Virus record (IMG/VR): IMGVR_UViG_3300022699_000224
Span: 1 to 64,000 of that record
DNA from: a virus
Reading direction: 5' to 3' (one strand)
DNA length: 64,000 bases
Part shown: in pieces, positions 56,594 to 64,000 of the stretch
Layout of the letters: the number at the start of each line of letters is the position of its first letter
Position numbering within the stretch: position 1 is the first letter of the stretch
The notes under the pieces: generated by a model
What the model was told of the DNA's origin: nothing
What the model saw: the letters and a program-made list of their open reading frames with translations, nothing else
Databases searched by the model: none
Position numbers and translations under genes: made by a program

Positions 56594-56879
56594 AAAATGC
56601 TCTTTTATTTGTTATATATAATTTAACATCTACATACATAGGAACTGCATAATATCCAGTTGCTCGCAACCACGATTCTACATATCCTTTCAATTTATAA
56701 TGATTATCATCTACTTTTTCAAAGACATAATCAAAAGCAGAATAATAATAATTCTTATTAAAATCATCACTAGTAAATTCTTCTAAATAATAATCTTCTG
56801 TATAAAAAATAGGAACTACCTTTAAATAAGGTAATACCCATTCAGGATAACCTTCCAAGTCTTTTTCAAAATATATCAT
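56568..56879 (-). CDS. C-terminal half of split family-A paralog
   Basis: YFEKDL..YPEWVLPYLKV resembles LYEKYL...PENLIPFVDV; ends YEIQTKKE. Confidence 0.55.
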   Translation of the reverse strand: MIYFEKDLEGYPEWVLPYLKVVPIFYTEDYYLEEFTSDDFNKNYYYSAFDYVFEKVDDNHYKLKGYVESWLRATGYYAVPMYVDVKLYITNKRAFYEIQTKKE

Positions 56880-57067
56880 TATACATCCACTCTGTCAAAA
56901 GAAGGTAAGACTTCTCCTGTATACAAAATAATTTCGTATCTTTTATTTACTATTGAATTAACAGGAGATACTACTTTCCAATTTTTTAAATCATTAATAG
57001 TATTTCTATTGATTTCAGTTAATCTATAAAGTTTTTTTATCTTATGACTAATATTTATATATTTCAT
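56879..57067 (-). CDS. N-terminal half of split family-A paralog
   Basis: MKYINISHKIKKLY; TAATG-coupled to next ORF. Confidence 0.55.
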   Translation of the reverse strand: MKYINISHKIKKLYRLTEINRNTINDLKNWKVVSPVNSIVNKRYEIILYTGEVLPSFDRVDV

Positions 57068-59361
57068 TATACCACATACTCATCGTTTGCAGGGTCGTAT
57101 TTTATAGCTATTTTTCTACGATAAGATGGAATAATATACGTAGGGTCATCTTCATCAGGATAATCTTCATCTAATAAATCCATTTCATAAGAAGATAATT
57201 TATTATCACATGTTAAAGTTACCTGCATTTGACTTGAACTAATATTTACCTGCTTAACTGCAACAGGAAATCCACTATTATTTTTATATATATTATCTTG
57301 AGTAGTATTAGTAATATTAAGTCTAGTTAATAACTCTATTCCATAATATAAATATCCATCTATCATTAATTTAACATTTGCGGAAGTTACAGGTAAAATA
57401 TCACCATTAATATTTTTTAGTTTCTCATATTCTACGCTTGCAACTTCTTTAGCATAATCTACATAATCATAGCCTTCATTTCTTTCTTTATATAATCCAC
57501 TTTCTTCATCTACCCATCTAGATTTAGGAAAATGTTGTCCATTTTTAGAACTAATTTCTCTATATGGAGCACTTCCTAAAGTATAATATCCTAAATCTAT
57601 TTCAATGTCAGATAATTCCCTCTGCCTAAAATATCTTGCGTAATAAATATCCCACACATCTGCACTTAAACTACTCAAACTAGTTCCAACATAAATACCG
57701 CTACCGCCATAAGGAATAAAACTTGTAGGTGTATAATAATTTTCAAAAAAATGATATGCTCTAACAAACCAGAAATAAGTCCAATTTTGTTTAGGAACAA
57801 ATTCTCCTAAAGATAATTCTGTAGACACTTCATTAAAACCAAAATGATTATGCCTTATCACGTTTTCTATAGTTTTAGTGCCTAAATCTATTTTTATACC
57901 TTTATATATTTCAGGATTTTCGTCATTAGGGTCTATAACAGGGTTATCTATAACAATATCATCTACAATAACATCATATAAATTTCTTTTAGCAGTTTTT
58001 AAAGTTAAAGGTAAATCAATAGTATTAAAATTCTTAGTATATTCATCACCTTTGGCAGAAACTTGAATTCTTTCACTAGAACCCATAAAATTTAAACTAT
58101 TTATATTACCAGAAAATACAGTTATAGATTTTATTTTTATTACTATTGTATTTTGATTAGTAATTTGATTATAATTACCATCTACTGTATAATCTGGTTT
58201 ATCATGATACCTACCAAGAATAAAAGTAGCAGTTGATTCAGTATCAATAGTATGATTAATACTTATAGATTCTAAATCTAAATCGGTTACTTCAGTTCCA
58301 TCGATATATACATGAAAATCAGTTCTTGCTATAGGATTTAAAGCTATTTCATCAAAAGTATATTTAATAAAACGCAAATCGGTATTTAATATATTCTCTT
58401 CAGTTACATTAAATCTAAAATCACTTATAATTTTATTAGCATATAAAGTATCTATTTGAGATTCTAAAGTCTTAGTTACCTGTAAATTAAATCTGAAATC
58501 TGAATCTAATTTACTTATTTGACTTTCGTCAATAACAATAATTTCACCGTTAGAATCATTAGTTCCGCAATAAGTATAATTCCATTCATCATAACTATCT
58601 ATATTTTCTACATTATCAGTATCACCTGTATCTATTTGAGTTCTATCTGTTAAATTATTTATATTTAATTTCATAACTTGACCTTCAGAGCAACCTACAT
58701 AAATTTGATTTGTAGTATCATTAATAGTTAAATCTTTAGCATTTTTAGCAGTTTCACCTGTATTATTAAAATCAAAAGTTACCCATGAAGGAATACCTCC
58801 GCTACTTATAGTTACTTTAACTATCTTAGCAGGGTCAGAATCGCAAACTATAAATAATTCGGAGTTTCTTGCTTTTAATTTAGTAGCATATGAAACAGTT
58901 GTTTGTTCTTGAGCTATAATCTCATCAGATAAATATATATCATCAGACTTTTCTAATTCTTCTTGAGTTAAATTTAATTGAATAGTATCTGATAGATAAA
59001 TTTGTTCAGAAAGATTAAGATTCTCTTGAGGGATATTTAACTCTATATTATCAGACAAATATATAGAATCTGATGATTCTTGCACTTTATCTGTAGTTAT
59101 AAATATATTATCTGATAAATAAAGATTATCTGATAATTCTTGTTTTTGTAGAGTTAAATTTAACTCTATTTCATCAGATAAATAAAGACTATCTGATAAA
59201 TTAATATCTTCTTGAGGAATATTTAATAAAATACTATCAGAAATATAAATAGTATCAGAAGATTCTTGTTGAGGAGTGCTTGTAGTTATAAAATTAAAAT
59301 TTCTAAAAACATCTCCAGCAGAAGAAGATATTGTATTAAATTTTCTTATATTTTCTGCCAC
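57067..59361 (-). CDS. Tail/baseplate hub-like structural protein with N-terminal SD.IYLSD repeats
   Basis: GTG start; about 7 repeats; hub-like C-terminal region. Confidence 0.7.
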   Translation of the reverse strand: MAENIRKFNTISSSAGDVFRNFNFITTSTPQQESSDTIYISDSILLNIPQEDINLSDSLYLSDEIELNLTLQKQELSDNLYLSDNIFITTDKVQESSDSIYLSDNIELNIPQENLNLSEQIYLSDTIQLNLTQEELEKSDDIYLSDEIIAQEQTTVSYATKLKARNSELFIVCDSDPAKIVKVTISSGGIPSWVTFDFNNTGETAKNAKDLTINDTTNQIYVGCSEGQVMKLNINNLTDRTQIDTGDTDNVENIDSYDEWNYTYCGTNDSNGEIIVIDESQISKLDSDFRFNLQVTKTLESQIDTLYANKIISDFRFNVTEENILNTDLRFIKYTFDEIALNPIARTDFHVYIDGTEVTDLDLESISINHTIDTESTATFILGRYHDKPDYTVDGNYNQITNQNTIVIKIKSITVFSGNINSLNFMGSSERIQVSAKGDEYTKNFNTIDLPLTLKTAKRNLYDVIVDDIVIDNPVIDPNDENPEIYKGIKIDLGTKTIENVIRHNHFGFNEVSTELSLGEFVPKQNWTYFWFVRAYHFFENYYTPTSFIPYGGSGIYVGTSLSSLSADVWDIYYARYFRQRELSDIEIDLGYYTLGSAPYREISSKNGQHFPKSRWVDEESGLYKERNEGYDYVDYAKEVASVEYEKLKNINGDILPVTSANVKLMIDGYLYYGIELLTRLNITNTTQDNIYKNNSGFPVAVKQVNISSSQMQVTLTCDNKLSSYEMDLLDEDYPDEDDPTYIIPSYRRKIAIKYDPANDEYVV

Positions 59362-59379
59362 TTGAAATCCCTCTGTCTC

Positions 59380-60405
59380 TTATGAATTAGATTGATAAGT
59401 AACCAAAATTTTATCACTGTCTATAGAAGGTCTAAGTTCTGGAGTAACTAAAATTCCATTTGCATCAGAAGAAATTTTTAAAGGACTATCCCATGAAGAA
59501 CTATCCACATCATATTTAATTGAATAAGCTTCATCATCTGAAGGATTAGTATATACAAAATAAATATTATTACTTCCATCTACAGTAACAAAACAACTAC
59601 TAGGAGTAAAACCTAAATTATAATTAGCATTATTTATTTCTATTGTAGATAAATCATTAGTTATTCTAAAAATATGTAAATAATTAGAATAAACACAACC
59701 AACAATGATTTTATTATTATGGTCGCATACTAAATTTGTAAAATCATATTCTTGATTTCCAATACCTAGAGTTTTATATGTTCCTGTTCCGAATTTTTTA
59801 ACTAAATTATAACTTCCAGCTGAAATAGCCATACCATTATAAAATATGTTACCACTAGAATCTATACAATAACTATAACCTCTATTTCCACCATGGTGAA
59901 CACTACCAGTTGATTCATCTGAAAATCCTCCCGATAAATTAATAGTCTTTAAATAAACTATCTCATCATCAGTTCTACCATATCCTATTTTCAATTTAGA
60001 ATTAAAGCTATCCCAACGCACTTCAATTTTACATGCTGTTGCTATACTTAAACTTTCATTATCTAAATCTTTTTGACCAATATCAGTAGAAGTATTAATA
60101 AGCCAACCCCAAATATCATCATTTTTAATTAAGGTAATATAGACTTTATCTTGTCCTTTTAAATTAACTATCTGAATACTACTCATAGGAAAACTCATTC
60201 CACTACTAAAATCAGATTCAGTTAAAGTTTTTTTATGAGACCAAGTTGCTCCATCATCTTCACTTTTATGTATTTCTACATAATTAGAAGTATTATGAAA
60301 TATAGTCCAATAATTACCATCATCATCGCTACATATCCAAGAATGAGGAGTTGATAAATCAAAAACAACTATACTAGCATCGTTATCTATTTGATATTCT
60401 GCCAT
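59380..60405 (-). CDS. Beta-propeller (BNR/Asp-box) virion protein
   Basis: KSEDDGATW Asp-box; structural-gene context. Confidence 0.65.
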   Translation of the reverse strand: MAEYQIDNDASIVVFDLSTPHSWICSDDDGNYWTIFHNTSNYVEIHKSEDDGATWSHKKTLTESDFSSGMSFPMSSIQIVNLKGQDKVYITLIKNDDIWGWLINTSTDIGQKDLDNESLSIATACKIEVRWDSFNSKLKIGYGRTDDEIVYLKTINLSGGFSDESTGSVHHGGNRGYSYCIDSSGNIFYNGMAISAGSYNLVKKFGTGTYKTLGIGNQEYDFTNLVCDHNNKIIVGCVYSNYLHIFRITNDLSTIEINNANYNLGFTPSSCFVTVDGSNNIYFVYTNPSDDEAYSIKYDVDSSSWDSPLKISSDANGILVTPELRPSIDSDKILVTYQSNS

Positions 60406-60423
60406 AATTACTCTCTCCTAAAA

Positions 60424-60882
60424 TTAACTTCTTGCTACTGTTATGGTAATTTTTACATATAAATCAGTATCACTATCTACATTTTTAGCTGAAAATGTAA
60501 ACCTATCTAACATAGTAGATGCACTACCTGAACCATCAAACACACCTGCTTCAGTTATTGCGTAAGATTCACCTGAACCAAAAGTAAAAGTTTTTTCAAA
60601 AATCGCTTTATAATCTGCTTCATAAGAACCTCCTGTATCATCAGCCTGTTCTTTAGTTATTTCTGCTTCTAAAGCAGTATCACTATTAGTAGGTGAGGTG
60701 CTACCTGTTCCTATACCTATATAACTAAAATCAGTAGACGATACACCATTAATTAATTTAGCAACTCTTTCTAATCCGTCATTAACAATTAAATTACTAC
60801 TTTCTGCTTTATCTATAACCTTTCCATTTTTATCTCTTACTTCTACTAAATAATTACCTCGAATAACTAACTTATTATCCAT
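60424..60882 (-). CDS. Tail fibre/baseplate-associated structural protein
   Basis: NLIVN.G, YIGIGTG...P...DTAL..E, ITEAGVF; start at ATG 60882 after AGGAGG. Confidence 0.75.
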   Translation of the reverse strand: MDNKLVIRGNYLVEVRDKNGKVIDKAESSNLIVNDGLERVAKLINGVSSTDFSYIGIGTGSTSPTNSDTALEAEITKEQADDTGGSYEADYKAIFEKTFTFGSGESYAITEAGVFDGSGSASTMLDRFTFSAKNVDSDTDLYVKITITVARS

Positions 60883-60948
60883 GTTATGTTTCCTCCTTAA
60901 TTTTATTTTTATTTTATCTTTAATTGTAAATTTTTTTCTCATATTATT

Positions 60949-61530
60949 TTAAACTGTTATATTCCAAGAAGAAATATTCCAAATTCCTCCGCTTCCTTGA
61001 TATATTTTTACTAGCTTAGAGGGATATTGATAAGTAGCAATCCAAAAATTATCATCATTGTCCTTATCAAATGTTCTTGCATAATTAATACCTGATAAAT
61101 CAATTTTTTCTACTAAATTTCTATTAGAACCATAATATCTAATAATCTTAGCATTTTCACCACTGACTTCGCCAGGTGTCAAAATATTTACATATATATT
61201 ATCGCTAATTATAGCTTTAGGATTTTCATTTATTCCTGTAGGAATTGAAATATTGTAATTAGTGGTAAAAGGATTATTAACTGCATATACTTTAGCTATA
61301 TAAGAAGAATCTTCCACTGCACACCATAAATAATTACCAAAAATAGTCATATCTACAATATTATCTACAGATGGAGTTACTTCAAAAAAAGTTTGATTTA
61401 AATTAAATGCACTTACTTTTCTTAATACAGTTTCTCCAGATTCTCCCTTAAATGCTATCCAAAGGTAATCTCCCTGTTTAATTATAGATTTTATTTTAGT
61501 TTTGCTAAAATTATAATTCTTAAATTGCAT
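60949..61530 (-). CDS. Beta-propeller-like structural protein
   Basis: Repeated LW.A / ...P.K..K. strands; context. Confidence 0.55.
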   Translation of the reverse strand: MQFKNYNFSKTKIKSIIKQGDYLWIAFKGESGETVLRKVSAFNLNQTFFEVTPSVDNIVDMTIFGNYLWCAVEDSSYIAKVYAVNNPFTTNYNISIPTGINENPKAIISDNIYVNILTPGEVSGENAKIIRYYGSNRNLVEKIDLSGINYARTFDKDNDDNFWIATYQYPSKLVKIYQGSGGIWNISSWNITV

Positions 61531-61539
61531 ATTTATCCC

Positions 61540-62184
61540 TTAATTTGTTGCATATTTTATTACAAATACAGGTGTCTCTGCTCCTGCATTAGCAAAATTA
61601 GCAGGAACTATAATTTTTAATTGACAATATAATACTTTAGCTCCGCTTAATGAGCCATTTTCATTATTTAACCATAAAAAATGACCGTCTGAACTACCAG
61701 CTAATCTTGAACCTTCTGTTGGAGAAGTTCCTAACCAATTATTGCCAGGTGCTGAATCTGTAGTAGTTAAACCCCAAATCCAACTATTAGATGGAGTTCC
61801 TTCTCCTAAACTATAATCATTTGTAGAATCCATATCACTATCATCCCATACTTCTAATACGGGTTCTGATACAGTTGCTCCATCAAAAGAAAATGCAAAT
61901 ACATATTGTTTCTTTTGATTTCCTGCATTATGGATTTCTTTTAGCAGATTAGCATTTGCATCTGCAAGAAAATAGTGCGGAATAATTTGTGCTGAATCTG
62001 TAATTACAATACCTGCTTGATTTAAATCAGAAGAACTAGGTAAAGCTTCTCCATCTTTAACGACATCTGAACCATTAGAAAAAACTATATAATCATTATC
62101 TAAATCTATGTCTACCCAATCTACACCAGAACTTCCATATGCTAAATCTTGAGTATCGCAATTAACAGCTATAGTTAAAGTCAT
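61540..62184 (-). CDS. Virion structural protein
   Basis: Acidic, Gly/Ser-rich; GGAGGGAG RBS; context. Confidence 0.6.
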   Translation of the reverse strand: MTLTIAVNCDTQDLAYGSSGVDWVDIDLDNDYIVFSNGSDVVKDGEALPSSSDLNQAGIVITDSAQIIPHYFLADANANLLKEIHNAGNQKKQYVFAFSFDGATVSEPVLEVWDDSDMDSTNDYSLGEGTPSNSWIWGLTTTDSAPGNNWLGTSPTEGSRLAGSSDGHFLWLNNENGSLSGAKVLYCQLKIIVPANFANAGAETPVFVIKYATN

Positions 62185-62196
62185 ATTTCTCCCTCC

Positions 62197-62616
62197 TTAC
62201 CAGGAATTTACTATAAATGTTACAATATATTCTTGTAAATCTGTTCTAAGACTACTAGGATATGTTATAGGATTAATTCTTTTAACATTATATTCATAAT
62301 AAGTAGAATCTGTTTTATCTACTCTTAATACATAAGGAGTATTTAATTCAATAGCACTCTCTATTGTATCTATTTTTACTGTTATTTCTTCATATCCTTC
62401 ATCTGCATTATCTATTACAAATAAACCTCTAATTTCTAAATCCCATGTATCATTACCTCCATCAACTATAATGCTACCTTTCCCTCTTTGTCCTTTAATT
62501 TCTATAGTTTTCTTTACAGTTTGAGGTAAATTTGTAGACTGCACTATTGGAAAAGTATAAACTAAATCTGTTCCGTTAGAAGCATATAATTTGAAATAAG
62601 GTTTGGTTAAAGCCAT
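62197..62616 (-). CDS. Distal-tail-like protein
   Basis: Directly downstream of tape measure; size and composition. Confidence 0.55.
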   Translation of the reverse strand: MALTKPYFKLYASNGTDLVYTFPIVQSTNLPQTVKKTIEIKGQRGKGSIIVDGGNDTWDLEIRGLFVIDNADEGYEEITVKIDTIESAIELNTPYVLRVDKTDSTYYEYNVKRINPITYPSSLRTDLQEYIVTFIVNSW

Positions 62617-62630
62617 ATTTTATAATCTCC

Positions 62631-64000
62631 TTAAAATTCCTCTATTGCATTATTAATACTTTTTCTTATATCTGAACTCTTGTCTTTAATCGCATCTCTA
62701 ACTTTTTCATTTATTTTTTCTATTATTCTATCACTATCTAAATTAACTTTAAGGTCTGATTTTACACTTATAGGGATAGTAGGGGCGATTTGCGTAAATC
62801 GTGAAATAGTTTCTCTTCTGATACCTGTAGGAGTTGGTCTTTCTTCTATAGGTATTTCTCTACCTGCTCCCTCAAAAAAGAATTTAGATGCTATTGCTCC
62901 TTGTGTAAAAGTAGGAAATGCTTTACTTATTACTCTTCTTTCTCTACCTGTTAAACCTTCAAATTCAGATATACCTTGTAAAACTTCTCCTATAGCTTTA
63001 GCAGTATTAATTCCATATTTTTGTGCTAATTTATATAATTTTACACTTTCACTAGATACTGACCTTTGTTCTTCTTTTTCTGCTGTAATAGCTCTTTCTA
63101 TTTCTAACAAATTCTTTAATACATCTAATTCGCTTTGTTCTGTAAATAATACACTCTCTAAATTAGCTTTTAATGATAATACTTGAGATTCTGATATACC
63201 CCTAGTTCTTAATAAAGCCAATTCTTGTTCTATTAATAAAGAAGTAAGTTCTCTTCTATAACTAGCTTCTTTCTCTATTACTTTATTATGTGCTTTAGTT
63301 AATTGTAAAATATATTTCTCTTCAGATAAACATTTTTTCAAACCTATTAGAGTTTTTGCTCTATATCTAGCAATATCTAATTCGCTGGCTCCCCTTTCTT
63401 TCATAAGCGAAGCTATATGTCTCAAATGTTCTTTTTTTTCTTTCAGTATACGAATATTAATTTTTCCACCTGGAGCCAAATCTTTTTGTAATTCCTCTAT
63501 CTTTTGTAATTCTTTCCTTTCCTCTGCTCGTTTTCTTTTAATTTCGTCTATTCTATTAGCATATTCAATAAATCCTTCAAATTCTAATAAACCCATATCT
63601 TCTGTATCTTTAGTAGCTGATTTTATTTCTTTTTTTAATTTTTTACTTGCTTCAATAGCTTGTGGTATTTTTAAAAGTAATGCGTTTCCTACTGTCTCTA
63701 AACCTAATCTTAAAGTCTTAGACCATCTAGATATTAATAATATACTATTAGAAAAATGTTGACTTAACCATCCTATAGTTTTACCAAATGTATCAATATA
63801 AGGTCTAGTAGAAACTAAAGCATTATTAATGTCTTTTAATGCACTAGCAAAATCACCTGAAGCATAAACTCCGCTAATTAAGTCATTACCCAAAACTGCT
63901 AATATATTCCTAAATCTATTAGCTTGTGCAATAGTAGTTCCCATTCTTATTCTAGCTACTCTTTCAGAAAAACCTTCAGCGTTTTCATCAGCATTTTTTA
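62631..64000 (-). CDS. Tail tape-measure protein, C-terminal part (continues beyond window)
   Basis: Frame is open to window edge; AEG.SERVARIRMGT..AQ.NRFRN motif; long helical coiled coils. Confidence 0.75.
   Translation of the reverse strand, partial: KNADENAEGFSERVARIRMGTTIAQANRFRNILAVLGNDLISGVYASGDFASALKDINNALVSTRPYIDTFGKTIGWLSQHFSNSILLISRWSKTLRLGLETVGNALLLKIPQAIEASKKLKKEIKSATKDTEDMGLLEFEGFIEYANRIDEIKRKRAEERKELQKIEELQKDLAPGGKINIRILKEKKEHLRHIASLMKERGASELDIARYRAKTLIGLKKCLSEEKYILQLTKAHNKVIEKEASYRRELTSLLIEQELALLRTRGISESQVLSLKANLESVLFTEQSELDVLKNLLEIERAITAEKEEQRSVSSESVKLYKLAQKYGINTAKAIGEVLQGISEFEGLTGRERRVISKAFPTFTQGAIASKFFFEGAGREIPIEERPTPTGIRRETISRFTQIAPTIPISVKSDLKVNLDSDRIIEKINEKVRDAIKDKSSDIRKSINNAIEEF

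Noticed and set aside
55958-63186. + strand ORFs 55958, 57878 and 62680 within the tail module
   Set aside because: Antisense shadows of well-supported - strand structural genes.

Overview
A very AT-rich fragment of a large tailed dsDNA phage (or prophage) using the standard genetic code. Positions 1-54.6 kb are a + strand block of early, replication and accessory genes. It includes a tyrosine recombinase, RuvB-like ATPase, GGDEF cyclase, 5'-3' exonuclease, intein-containing primase-helicase and RecA, RNA ligase, family-B DNA polymerase, SbcCD-like nuclease, several proteases, and a ~15-kb sulfation/glycosylation island (APS kinase, four sulfotransferases, several glycosyltransferases, NadE). 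Positions 54.6-64 kb are a convergent - strand tail module ending in a partial tape-measure gene. The standout is the DNA polymerase gene. It reads in frame through a complete 75-nt CCA-ended tRNA-Gly-like cloverleaf (33096-33170) and continues into a DUF4338/DruA-like, Mom/GNAT-like domain. The cloverleaf has all the GlyRS identity elements plus hallmarks of a non-proteinogenic tRNA. This suggests a replication-coupled, glycyl-tRNA-dependent DNA modification system that encodes its own donor tRNA inside its ORF. Other notable items: a PVC-superphylum signature small basic protein (host clue), a bS22/AURKAIP1-COX24-like small protein, domain-shuffled hexapeptide-repeat genes, two candidate structured RNAs and apparent GATC avoidance. 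All family assignments come from motif recognition by eye; no database searches were run.
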